DNA of 64,000 bases from the human T2T-CHM13v2.0 reference genome, Homo sapiens, in NCBI RefSeq assembly GCF_009914755.1, contig NC_060933.1. One strand, 5' to 3'. The notes under the pieces are model-generated. The model had not been told where the DNA came from, made no database searches, and worked only from the letters and a program-made list of their open reading frames with translations. Shown piece by piece: positions 44,557 through 57,121 of this stretch. A program made the position numbers and the translations under genes. Every line of letters begins with the position of its first letter. Positions within the stretch are counted from its first letter, which is position 1.

Positions 44557-44894
44557 AGCCCAAGCTGACTAAGAGAGTGTACTTAGCAGTAAAATACACG
44601 GGCAGCCCACAAAGGTGCTGCTTAACATCTCCTGTAGGAAGAACACATGAATAAAGGAGCAGGAGGCTAAGGATGGCCCCCTAGTAAGAGGGCATGCTTA
44701 CTCACTCGGTTCATAGGCATGAGCCAGTTTTCATATCCAGAGTCCATTGACCCAGGAGGAGGCTAGTCCCTAGGGAAAAGGATTCCAAAACACCACAGCA
44801 AGTATATACTGTGATGACTCCGCCATTTCTCCTCCAAGGGATCTATGCCCACTTACTCCAGTGATTGTACACTGTGGAGCCCCACACGCAGTCA

Positions 44895-45157
44895 CACAGT
44901 CTCTATTGCAACTACTCAATTCTGTCACGGTATGAAAGCAGTTGCAGACAAAACATAAACAAATGAGTATGGCTGTGTTCCAATAAGACTCTATTTATGG
45001 ACACTGACATTTGAATTTACATCATTTTCACATGTTACAAAATATTCTTCTTTTGAGTTTTTTAAATGCTTAAAAATATAAAAATCATTCTTAGCTTTCA
45101 GGCCATACAAAAATGGGCAGTGGGCTGAGTTCACAGGCCATAGTTTGTCAACTCCCA
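44895..45157. mobile_element. MER58B-like hAT-Charlie MITE
   Basis: GCAACTACTCAATTCTG...GGCTGTGTTCCAATAA...GGCCATAGTTTG. Confidence 0.85.
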
Positions 45158-45890
45158 TTCTAGTGTGTTGACATTTGTCAACATTTTTAGTTTAAAAAAT
45201 GAGTATTACAGTCAAAGAAGCTGTACCCTGCTGGGGAGTCACCTTGATCCATGCTGCTCAAGTTCACTCCTGCTTGGGGACAAGATCCTTTGCCTGTGTC
45301 CTCTTTCCTGTGTCTCAAGTTCCCCCCCAATCTTGTTTTTGAGCTCTCAAGAAATCTGGAATCAGTTAACTTCATAAACTCTCTACCCAAGTAAGGCTGA
45401 ATCTCACTATATTATTTGAAGCATTACTGTTCTTATCCGTCCATCACAACCTCCACCACTGCCTCTCACTCCTTAAAACCAAGTCCTGGGCCTTGCTTTT
45501 AGATAACAAAGGTCTAATAGTGTGTTTTCCCAAACAAAGCAATCGTCCACTAAGGTGAATTTAGCGTTCATCTCTAAAATGCAATGACTCTGGCAAGCAG
45601 CTTTTAGAATAATAAATTTAATCCCCACTGTATATGACCAACTTGAATCTTACCACAATCCTATGTGGATAGAAAATAAGGAAATTGAGATGTTGTGAAA
45701 CTGTGTAGAGACCTAGCATTAAGCCAAACACTTCAGTGGATAGAAACTGGTTTGGTTAAACTGGAACCATAAAACAAATGTGGGAATTGCTGTCTTCACT
45801 CTTACTATTCTGTATATAGAAAGTGATTCCACTGACCTGAGGGTTGCAAACTCAAATGTCATCAGATGCCCGATAGAGTAACGTGAGTGA

Positions 45891-46273
<383 letters not shown>

Positions 46274-48699
46274 AACACTTTCAAAATAAAAATATACCCT
46301 TGCATAACAGTATGCTTCTTCAATAAAGCACATCCATGGGACAAATCCAAGCCGTGGGCCATCAGTTTGCAACCTCTTGTCTGTCCTTGCCGTTTAGCTA
46401 ACTGGTTCATGAACAAGGCTGTGAAGAGTGGCATCCTGAAAAGTCCCCCTTTGAAATCTCCAGATGCAAATCCCTTCATGGTAAAGACCAGCAAAATGAA
46501 GCCCAGGACAGGGAAGGGACTTGCCCAAAGCAATACAACCAAACTGTTGTAGCAGAACTGGGATTTGAACCCAGTTCACCTTAAGTCCCAACCCAATGTT
46601 CCTCCTCTCCCTCACCGTGTCTATCTAAAGGAGCTTAAAACTGGAGATGTTAATGCTGGCAAAGTGAAGCCTGTAGCTGCTAATTCCGGCTGCATCACTT
46701 AATTCATCCACCAACTGGCCGAGTGAATGAAAAATGAATCAGCTGGCATTATGAGTAAGTGGCACTCAGCTGCTTTCTGCCGGCCAGAGCTGCCCTGCAT
46801 CTGCAGGTCAGACCCCCATGTGGAATTTAACCATTAGGGCCCACATGACTGCAGGCAGCCAGGCTGAGGAGGGGGAACGGATACTCACAGACTCAGGGTT
46901 TCTTCCGGGGCTCAGAGCCGTGCAGCCACCTCCCCACCCTCCCATGTGAGACTGAGATGATTTAAATATCACAACCACAGGAGCCAAACACACGTTTCAA
47001 TGTCACCCCAATTAGGGGGATTGCAAAGTTGGATGGGCCCTCGAGGGAAGCACCGGCGACACCTGCTAGATGAGAGAACAAGGGCCCCGTTGCCATGGGG
47101 GTGCAGCATCCAATGCCTCGACTCAGGAAAATGGGAACTTTGGGGTCCATCTGTGCTGAATCTTGACAAATCCCAGCCCTTCTGTTGGCCACTGCTGACA
47201 AATGGACAGATAGGATCCCTACTGTGCATATTGGACGGGGTTCTTGTGAGAAATGAGGCACAGTGAAGGTGAAAATACTATGTGAATAGCAAAGCAGTAA
47301 AACATCTTTGCTGTTACTATGAAGCGTCCCTAAGGTAGAAGTTGAATGGGAGGGCTAATAGAAATTCTTTTTAAGGAGTAGGGTACTATTACGGTTGTAG
47401 TTACTACTGTTTCTACCTAAAGGGCTCTATTCTATGAGAGAGAGACAGAGTCTCTCCACATAGCCCCAGAGGCACAGTGAGAAAGTTGAGCCATGGGCAG
47501 TTCAGGCAGCAATGGAGGAAGACTTTTATACAGAGCTATACAAAGACAGAAGGGAGGGACACAGGAAGCAGTGAGCATGCAATCGCTGGGCGTGTCCAAG
47601 CTAAGGCTGGATTTGTCACTGATGCTGTGAGAGCACCCAGGCATCTGATGGAAGGAGGAAATTTCCACGGAATCACCTCTCGGGTCCCTTTCAGGCCTCA
47701 TGCACTGAATTTCAGATTCTGTTGGAGGTAGGGATAAGCGGATGGGAATAAACCAAGAACCTGGAGCTGTGGGTCCAGGCCGGGCTCCATCTCAACTTGC
47801 TGGAGCTCTCCCCTCCCTCCTCCCCAAGCCCCCTCCCAGGCTTCGCAGCCTTAAGAGGAGTGGCTTCACCAGATCAGTGCACCTGGGGTTCTTCCAGTTG
47901 CAAATGCCTTTTCCAGTGGCCTCTCATGGAATGCCATGTGTTGAAGTACGGGGACAGAGTTTCTTGTTCCTTCCCTCCTGGTGACCTTGATGGTCCCTTC
48001 TTGCAATGGAGGGCTTGGAGGAACAGAGTTTGGGAACCATGGCTTGGAAACAACCCCCTTTTGTTGGCTCTGGCAGTGCCTGAACTTCCCACAAGTATTT
48101 GGCTTGCATTCCAACATCACCTGGTAAGACAGGGCCCCCTCTTCACAGAGTCTCAGTTTTGTCACCCAGAGACAGCCCTCTCAGGGCCTGAGCCCCTGTT
48201 CCTCCCCCATCCTCACCTCCTGGGCCCTGAGAACTGAAGATGGGAGTGTGGATTTGCACAGGAAATGACTTGATTAATGTCTCTGTCGATGTCAGAGATG
48301 GAGGATGAAAGGAGGTTGTCAGAATTATGAAAACATGCCCGCATCCCTGGGAAGATCAGTCCCTTTTGATATCCTGGCCTTGCAATTAGTCTGTGGGGAG
48401 CCAGGGCCCTGTGATTCCTGAGGTGTCCTAACCATCTCGGCTGTCTTTGCCACGGCAGCCTGCACTTGGGGCAGGGAGTGGGAGGGAGATGCAAATCAGG
48501 TTTGATAATGCCAGTTCAGCCCCTCCCTCTTTCCCTCCCAGTGCAATACACACTTCAATCTCCTGTTTATAACTTCCTGTTTTGCAAGTGATCTTGCAAA
48601 GGTGATCTTCAGAAAGGTGAGGACAAGTAATACCCAAGATCGCAGGTGAAACTGAATTAGCCTGTTTGCATACCCATTTCTCCTCTGTGAGCTCCTTGA

Positions 48700-49157
48700 A
48701 CACAGGGATGGTGCTTGTCTCAAAGATGGGCACTGTAGGGGCTCCACCCACACCCCTCACATGTCTTTTGCTGGCTCTGTGGACTCCCCTGCCTGCTGTG
48801 TGGTTTTGCTCTCAATGGGCTACACACCTGTGACTCCTTCAGCCACCTGCCCAGGCTACTGGAAACTTTTCCAGTAAACGCAGACAGACTGAAGTACCTG
48901 GGAATTAAACTTTCCCTCAGCTAATGGCTGGCAGGTGTGGGACTGTGATGCCTCACTCCCTGATCCTGGCACAGGACATCCTGAGGCTTAACTTACACTG
49001 CAGAGTGCTGTGTGTGTCAGCCCGAAGCTACCCTCTGTGGGACTCCCTTGCTTGGCTTCTTCCCTCCCTCTCCTGCTTCCACTCCCTTACTGGTTTCCCT
49101 GGGAGGCACCTTCTTGATAAATCACTTGCACATGAATCTTGTTACAGGGACTCCTTC
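48700..49157 (+). mobile_element. LTR16-family LTR, 3' terminus missing
   Basis: TACTGGTTTCCCTGGGAGGCACCTTCTTGATAAATCACTTGCACATGAATC; stops at CTCCTTCTG. Confidence 0.7.
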
Positions 49158-49772
49158 TGTGTCCCTAGCACCTGGGACTGGCCTGATTAGGGCTCAGTGA
49201 TTGTGGTGAAGCTATGGAGAGGACTCTGGAGATGAAGCCGAACTCCTCATCCCGAAGATGAAGAAAGTGAGGCCTGATCTAGAACCTTGGTTCACGACCC
49301 TGGCCTCCAGACACTGTCAAGAGAAGGAATTCAAGGCTCAGTCAGAATATAGTGAAAGTACAGAGATTTATTGCAAAGCAAAAGCATACACTCAAGAAAG
49401 GGGAGTGAGGGTGTGTTCAGAGAGAGTCACTTAAGGGGGGTTGTGGTTTCTAACTTTATGGGTTTCTTTAACCAACGGGTGGAGTATCCATGAAGATTTC
49501 TGGGAAAAGGTGAGGACTTTTTGGAAATGTGGTGCCACCCATTTTTACGCTAAATATGGGTGTTCCAGAACTGTTATGGCACTGGTGGGTGTGTGATTAT
49601 GTTAATGAGCATATAACGAGGTCATTGGTGAAACTGAGGTCAAATCCAGCACCATGTTGGGTTGAGTCGTTCTTAACCAGCTTGGCCACATCCTGGTTTT
49701 CAGGGTCTTATTGGCCCAAGCTTCTGCAGCTATTTCAACAGTTTCCTTTTTGTTATACAGCTATTTCAACAG

Positions 49773-49827
<55 letters not shown>

Positions 49828-50448
49828 CTGCCTGGAATTTTCTCCTATGACCACCTTGTATTATTTCTGTCTCATTATATTAGTAACTGAGGCAGAAAGT
49901 GTTGAGAGCCTCAGGAAGTGAAGGCAGAGGTCCATGAGGGCTTCCAGAAGGGAGAGGTCTCAGCCAAGGTGGGGAGGTAGAGAAGCTGGAGAGTCTAGAT
50001 TATATTAGGGAAGCAGGGAAGAGTGAATTGATCAGAGTCTTCACAACTCAGGTCTGATGGGACATCCCAATTTAGAGGACTTCTTTATCACAATGGCTAA
50101 TCAATGGGCTGGGTACCAGAGTCTGGGAAGGTGGCCTCTGTAGGTGCGGGCTCCCTCCTACCTTCCCAGTGTCACCACAGGCAGGTACTGGATCGTATAA
50201 GGTTAAGAGGAAGCCCAACCCCCTGAGACTCCCTTCTTCCCAGGTTTCTTCCTGGGTCTGTCTGTCACTCCTGCCTGAACTCCTGCAGCTCCCTCTGCAT
50301 CTGGATGACCACCTGCACGAGTGTGGGTACATCTCTTCCCATCTACCTGTGGGATGAGGAGTTGCGCTTCATCTCCAGGGTCCTTTCCATAGCTTCACCA
50401 CAATCACCCACATCCCCATCAGGCCCTGTCCTAGGTACTGGGGACACA
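49158..50448. repeat. Diverged inverted repeat, ~96-98 bp arms
   Basis: Core 49197-49253 vs 50351-50407 matches 53/57 as reverse complement; outer 21 bp match 18/21. Confidence 0.88.
49275..49874 (-). mobile_element. ERV1 (MER4-group-like) solo LTR with (TG)n at 49775-49821
   Basis: GAATTCAAGG...GAGATTTATTGC antisense poly-A region; ends TGTCTCA. Confidence 0.7.
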
Positions 50449-53083
50449 TTTTGGGCAAAAGCCTGACAGTGCCCAGAAAAGGAGGAACTGCTTCTGCATC
50501 AGATAGTCTAGGGGTAGCAGGAAGATGACATTCGATCTGGGCTTTAAGGTGGAAGAAACTGCCTGGTCAAGAATGGTTGAGCTCAACCTGGGAGGAAAAA
50601 TGAGCAGGTACAAAGCCTGGGGAGTGGGAAAGTCTGGCTGTGCTCCCTAAGGCGAGGGTGGGTAGAAGAGGGGCTGGGAGGGGGTTGGGTGCCTACTTTG
50701 ACCATTCTAGCTGAGAAAAGTGAAAAGCAAAAGACGTGGATAGGAAGCTGCATGGCTAGGAAACCTCTTCTCAGAGTGCGTGAAAAGGAAGAAATAACCA
50801 AAGAACAAGCCACACCTGGGGGCACCTGGTGATTGGGCTCAGAGGAGGGGACAAGTTCTGGCCCAGCTCCATCACTAACCGCCGGCATGAGTGTGGGGAC
50901 ATCCCTTCCCCTCTGCCAGCCTCAATGACCGCAAATCTCAAGGAATGTCCAATGAGACCTCAGTCTCAGGCCCTATTCCAGGCTGTGGGAATCCTGAGAT
51001 GAATGAGGCAGTCCCCACCTGAAAGGAACTCCTAGGCCAGGGGAGAAACTAGGGGGAGAAAGATGCTAAATGGTCCATTTCAATATCATGCAGTAAGGGC
51101 CAGGATCTGGAGTGAAAGGAAGGCTGGCTCGACCTGTTTTAAGTGGGGACCATCGGCACTGGGGATGTGAGGCTGGGGGGAGATCATTACACTTCTGGTT
51201 TACAGGTGAAATCCCAAGTCCCACTGTAGCAGCCACCTGGGCCACCCAGTAGTCTTCGGGGTTGGAGAAGATAAAACATTGGATCAGTGGTTCTCAGAGT
51301 CTGTTCCCTGGGGCCAGCAGTATCACGAGCACCTGGGAACTTGTTAGAAATGCAAATTCTTGAGCCCCTCTCCAGATGTGCTGATCAGAAACTCTGGTGG
51401 TGGAGCCCAGCACTCTGGGTATTCTGTAGCCCCCAGGTGCCGGATACATGGTAGAGTTTGAAAGCCACTGCATACAATGATAATTGTCTAGTGGCTTGAG
51501 GGTTTGGTAATCAGTGGCTGGTATTTTCAGCTTGTAGCAGGCAATCAGGTGTTATTGATTAGTTCAATAGGTTCTGGACTTTGTTTTATTTCACTATCTA
51601 CTGCTTGATTTATTAATCCAACTGTTATTGACTTCTGATCCCATGGCACATCCCTTCTCCTGGCTCCAAACATAAGGTGTTTGCAAGCACCTATTTTGTA
51701 GCTGAAGCACGGGCCTTAATGTTAGTTGGTCTCAGTTTTCCCTCCTGTGAAATGAGCTGGGGAGTTGGCGGCATGAGTTCAGAGGATCTGGGTGCTGGTG
51801 ACTGTTCTGAGGGGGCTTATGAACTAGTCTTGCCTTGTGGCTGGTGGGGGCAGAGGCTGAGCAGAGGGCAGAGGGCAGGCAAGGAAGCACTAGGGACCAA
51901 ACACCAGCTCTGCCACAAGAACAGCGCAAGCCACGCGCCGAGTGCATACAGAAGGAGCAGAGCTTCATTCTAACGCGGCGGCGAGGTGCCTGAGTTCCCT
52001 GTGATCTCCATCAGCCCCACGAAGCCAACCCAAATAAACGCACAATCTAAGCAAACCCAGTGAGTGAGTTGTGCAAACACAGCTTCCAGACAAGTCTCCC
52101 AGGACCAAGCTTCCTGCTCTTTTCAATATGGCACTGACCTTAAGCCCTCCTGTGGAAATTCTGGAGTTGCCGCTACTGAGGGATCCTGCCACGGCTTCTG
52201 GGAAGAGGGGGCGTAACACAGAGGCCTCAGGAGGAGAGCAGAGGTCTTCCAGGCAGAAGGAGCAGCTTGAGCAAAGGCATGGGGGCCTGAGAAAGTGGTA
52301 CACACTCTGAGGGGCAGTGAGAAGACCACTGCACTGGCACATGAGGCATAGGAAGGAGGGTGGATAAGGCTGAAGGCAGAGCAGAGAAAGAACTGTAAGT
52401 GCCCTACATTTATCTTCTAAGCCATTTTTTTGCTCTACTTCCTTAGCAGCCAAATGCTTTTAAAAAATGATGGCTTACATCAATCCTTTATTATAAAACA
52501 GATCATAATGGCTAACAGCCATTGACTACTTTCTGTATGCCTTACATGGATGGATTCCCTAAATTCTCACAATCTCCCTAGTCCACAGTCAGTATAGCCA
52601 GGCACGTGGTGTGGTGTCACACCACTGTGTGCTCAAGCACTTACCACACAGAGCAGAAGTGGGGCTGGGGGCTGGCACCTCTGGCTCAGACATCCCTTCC
52701 CCCAACAGGGGGGCATCAGGCTCTTCCTTGTGACTTGGTGGCTCCAGGGAGAAGGGGTTCAGACTGGCGTTCTGATCTGCCCGGGGATTTTGAAGGAAAG
52801 AACTTGGTCACTGTGTGGAGAGAGAGGGATGGGAGAGGGAGGGAGAGCACAAGGGTCCCACTGAAACAGAAGAGGGCTGCACAAGGCAGAGGCAGGTGCC
52901 AGTGTTGGGGCAGAGTCCCAAAGGCCTTTTTACAGCCCATTTTGTTCCAAGCCCTGGCCTGGAGGTCAGGGATCCGGCCTCTAAGTCCAATCCTGCCGCT
53001 GACTCTCTCTGTGGCCTTGAAAAAGACCCCATCCCTCTCTGGGGTCTGTTTCCCGATTGTACCATGACTGGGTTGGACTAGGT

Positions 53084-54244
53084 CAGCAGTTTCCAATCAT
53101 TTCATAAGTAATATTCAAACACATTTATAGGTAGAAATCCATTACATAAAACTGACAAGAGTGACATTATTATAAATTTATGTTTCAGTTCAAATTTATA
53201 AGCACTACTGATTATAAAGTCAACCAATGAGAATAATGAGACTATTTCAATAACCCAAATAATTTGAAGTTGGACATTATAAATAATAGTTGCAATTCAG
53301 TGTCAGCATCAATATCCAATTTATTTCAGTATTTTGATTTGGTTTTTCTACATTATTAAAATCCTGATCCACCCTGAAAAGTAGTGGCAAATGGTAACAT
53401 ATTTTCAAAGCACTTTACCTTACTATCTCAGAATATTCACCAATTAAATGGATCCAGAAACTTCAAGAGGAACAATAGGCAATTATTTTGTTTCAAGGTT
53501 GAATTATTAACAATACCTAAGTCTTGCTCTTATTTTTTAAATGGTGAGTATTACATTTGGAGGGAGATGATGAGTAGGTTTCTTACTTTAAATGTTCATT
53601 GTTTGGCAGAAAAAATACTTTTCAAATGTAGCTGGAAGGATGTTTAGGGTTGTCATTTGAGGAAATCTCATGCCTCAGTGCCTGTGTCTGACAGCTCTTC
53701 ACTGAAACTTTCTGAACAGTCAAATTTGTTCTGTTTTGCCTGTTAAGTCTAAGCTTCAGGATTCAATTTTATCCTAAATGCATTATCTAGTATTGTAAAC
53801 AGGGTAACAGTGTGACCTTACATTGCTAAACGGAGTCCATTTAAGTGAACAAAAGTCAGACTAGTGGAGCCTAGCACTTACAGTAAGCACTGAAGGGTTC
53901 TTCCAGTATGATAACATCAAGACTTAGGGCATTGCCCCCAGTCCTTGGTTTTGGCCCAGCCCTTCTGTGGTGTCGAGCAGGTCTCTAGCTGTGCTGGAAA
54001 GTTAAGTGAGTGCAGCATGCAAGTCACCTTGCAGTGGGCTCACATGGACAGTGTGATGTGCAAGTTCATGTCCAGGCCTGAATTACCCAAGGGAAGCAGC
54101 GTAAGCCTCCTTCCCAGGCAATGGCGCGTCCACTCAGAATCCACATGGAGGCCCCAGGCAGGGCCGGAGAAGCTCTGTCTTGAGATCCACGCAGAATTGC
54201 ATCAGCACATCAGCACGAGTGCGCAGGTTGGCAGGGGCCCCCTG
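53084..54244 (-). mobile_element. Fossil hAT-Charlie transposon with transposase C-terminal remnant
   Basis: Minus 53400-53287 reads MLPFATTFQGGSGF**CRKTKSKY*NKLDIDADTELQL (Charlie LLPF.STY.CE.GFS...K.KYRN.L pattern); CAG...CTG ends; flanks GACTAGGT / GACTAGCA as degenerate 8-bp TSD. Confidence 0.8.
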
Positions 54245-54549
54245 GACTAGCATTTGGGAGCCTGCACAGCATTTTTGTTTCAAGATTTAAAATAAAGAAT
54301 ATCTATTTAGGCAATGCTTGGTGAAGTTACTAAAGGCCTTCTTTGGATCCCTGGGGGCTCCAAACATCCCAGTTTGGAAATGGAAAGCCTGGGCAGACAT
54401 CAGAGGGCTGTGCATGCCTCCATGGGCATCAGCCTTGACAATGAGGGAGTCTATTTTATCCTCCCATCCCCCAGCCCTGGATGTTTCCAGGAGTAGAAAA
54501 CCAAGCCCTCCCCAGCCCCGCACCCCCAGCCTGTGGGATTCCCTTCTAC

Positions 54550-54860
54550 AAAAGTCATTACTGCCTCTCTTGGTCGTCTGCCAGCTCTAAAGTGTCTTTT
54601 TAATTGCATCTAATTTGGCCTCATCTCATTAAATCCTTAATTTAAGCTGGAGTGATCCCTCCAGCGCTGGCTGCCTAATGACAAAGGGACTCGCACTGCC
54701 CTTCCCCCTTCAGCACGGCTCCCCGGTTGGGGCTGCTCTCATTTGCAGGTGGTCTCTCTGGGAGGCTTCTGACAAGTGGCTGTCGTCCTCGCCACGCTGA
54801 GTGTGGAGCTGAGCCAAGAGGGCTTCCCAGGAGCGGTAATTACTGGTAAAGGCTCAACCC
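54550..54860. promoter_or_regulatory. Candidate enhancer island
   Basis: Non-repetitive; clustered TAAT sites, TAATGACAAAG and ATTTGCAG. Confidence 0.35.
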
Positions 54861-55169
54861 TCCACCCCACTGGCACCCTGGCTCACAGGCCCAAAGCTGC
54901 TGCAGCAACAGCATCCAATTCTAGTGGTGCAGGAATGGGAGGAAAGTGAGGAGAAGACATTGAGATTAAACAGTAATAAACATAATAATGACAGTAGCCA
55001 CTGCTAAGCCCAGGACATCATGTTTTAAACACATTATCACACTGGGGAAGGTGTCGCTGGCCACACATTGCAAGTGAGGCCATCCAAATTTGCAGGCAAA
55101 AAGTGGCAGGTCTTAGGATAGAAATGCAGATCTGTCTGGCCTCAGTAGGAGGAATCTTCCTGTTATATC

Positions 55170-55790
55170 TCCTAGTCCAACCTCATCTCCTAACAGGCTC
55201 ACCCTGGTTACTCCCCTCCAGCCACCCAGCCATCTCAGTGTTCCTTGAACAGGCCAGCACGTCCTGCCCCAGGGCCTTTGCACCTGCTGTCCTCTGTGTC
55301 TGGAAGGCTCTTCCCCTGCATATGTATCTGGCTTACTTCTTCTGCCCATCAGATGAAAGCTCAAATGTCTTCTCTTCAGAGAAATCTTCCTTGACCTCCC
55401 CTATTACCCTTCTTCATTCTCCTCACCTTGTTTGTTTTTTGTGATTTTTATTTTTTTTGTTTGAGAGAGGGTCTCGTTCTGTCACCCAGGCTGGAGTGCA
55501 GAGGCATGATCATGGCTCACTGTAACCTGGACCTCCCAGGCTCAAGCAAATCTTCCTACCTTTCAGCCTCTGGAGTAACTGAAACAACAAGTGCATGCCA
55601 CCATGCCAGGCTAATTTTTGTTTGTTTTTGCTGGTAGCACTTATCACTAGCATTTACTAAATTATGCATTTACCTTTCTAAGATGAAGCACTATAAGAGC
55701 ACAAAAATTTTCTGTCCTCTTCACTGCTGTATGCCTAATACCTAGAACAATGACTGGCATATACTAGGTCTTTGATTCATATTTGCTGCT
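55170..55790 (-). mobile_element. L2 3' fragment split by a partial antisense Alu (55445-55640)
   Basis: CAGGGCCTTTGCACCTGCTGT and TTCACTGCTGTATGCCTAATACCTAGAACAATG. Other L2 pieces at about 6590, 8800, 9660-10350, 19500, 25140, 50970, 57610 and 60030-60560. Confidence 0.8.
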
Positions 55791-55817
55791 TGACTGCATT
55801 ACGGACATGTCTAATCT

Positions 55818-56040
55818 AGGGGTGTACAATCTTTTGACTTCCCTGGGCCATATTGAAAGACGAAGAATTGTCTTGGGCCACATAAAAATACACTAACACG
55901 ATAGCTGATGAGCTAAATACAAAACAAAACAAAACAAACAACACAAAAAATTCTTACAATGTTTTAAGAAAGTTTACGAATTTGGGTTGGGCTGCATTCA
56001 AAGCCACCCTGGGCTGCATGTGGGCCACGGGTTGGATAAC
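55818..56040 (+). mobile_element. MER30 hAT MITE
   Basis: AATCTTTTGACTTCCCTGGGCC...AAGAAAGTTTACGAATTTG...GGGTTGGA. Confidence 0.9.
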
Positions 56041-56612
56041 CATTTCAAAAGGATACATGCTTTCTAGCACTTTTCAATGCCAATGGTTGCCAAGATTGAA
56101 ATCTCCCCTAGCGTTCTCTGCCTCAATTCTACAGGCCAGCAGAATCCTTCTCTGAGGATGACCCACAAGAATGCAGCCTAGAGGCCTCAGAGTTAGGGCT
56201 GAGGCTTGTTGCATTGGTGTGGACTTTTTGGGAAGCTGGTTGCTATAGAAACACCCATTGCCTCCTAGAATGGGCTTCCCATGGCTGCTCAGAGCTCTCT
56301 GCATTGCTGGGATCTTCTGAGAGGGAGGCACAAGAGCCAAGGGAGAATATCTTGGGCTTCTAATGCAGTTCCTCCTGGGCAAGTCCCCTCACCTAGCTGA
56401 GCATCAGTTTCCTCATCTGTAAAATGGGTGTTATCACACATACATCACAGGGCTATAGGGAGGATTCAGTGAAATTATGTATGTAAAGGGCTGGATCCCA
56501 GTAGCTGTTCAACAAATTGCACACCTATTCTTGGTTTTATAAAACTCCAAAAAACTTGGAACCTAATTTTATAAAATTCAATCTTTACTTTGAATTTATT
56601 CCCATCAAGAGC

Positions 56613-57121
56613 TGCGGAGGGTCTGAAATTTTTCCTCACTTGCAAGCTACCAGCCACCCTGCTACAGTTTCATGGATGCTGGCAGAAGACATGAGACTCC
56701 AGGGCCAGAGACAAAAGACTTTATTACTCATGGTGTTGCAAGCAGCATGGGCTTCATATTTATATCAGTTCTCCTTGCTCCCCAAGGCCCGTGGGGGGAT
56801 GATGCTGAGCAGCCTGGTGGATGTGGTATGCATAGTGGGTGTGTGTCAAAATTAGGAACTCCAAGTTTAGGAAATCCAAATCTTTCATTATGACCTATAA
56901 GCAAAGCTATCTTTGCCTCAGAGGTGAGACATTATTTTTATTATACAGGACAGCAAATAAATCTGCCTTCTGCTTTGGAGGGAAAAATGATCTCTGTCTT
57001 CCAGGGTGGCTGCTCACTCTACAAACACCCATGAAAAGATAGTCTGGAAAGAAAGCTATCAGTGCCTCCACTTGTAAGATGTGTGGAAACTTGAGAAATC
57101 CGTGGAGCATTGTCTCCCAAT
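56613..57121 (-). mobile_element. ERVL solo LTR (MER74/MER76/LTR53 group)
   Basis: Ends ATTGTCTCCCAA (antisense of TTGGGAGACAAT start); GACTTTATTACTCA antisense poly-A region. Confidence 0.7.

Larger units (their letters stand above)
43455..44577 (+). mobile_element. MLT1A-like MaLR LTR (43455-43810 plus terminal 44557-44577), split by MLT2B
   Basis: GCCAGCACCTTGATCTTGGACTTCCCAG...TGTTGTTTAAGCCACCC; terminal CAGCCCAAGCTGACTAAGAGA follows the MLT2 element. Confidence 0.88.
41965..44880 (+). mobile_element. ERVL-class (LTR16-associated) internal gag region fossil, interrupted by MLT1A and MLT2B
   Basis: ORF 42071-42310 (DSPWHKVVAQLLKISQVVTW) resembles ERVL gag N-termini; internal sequence resumes at ~44578. 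Confidence 0.7.

Noticed and set aside
49727-49772. 15-bp direct repeat CAGCTATTTCAACAG
   Set aside because: A small slippage duplication inside an LTR next to a (TG)n tract, with no sign of function.
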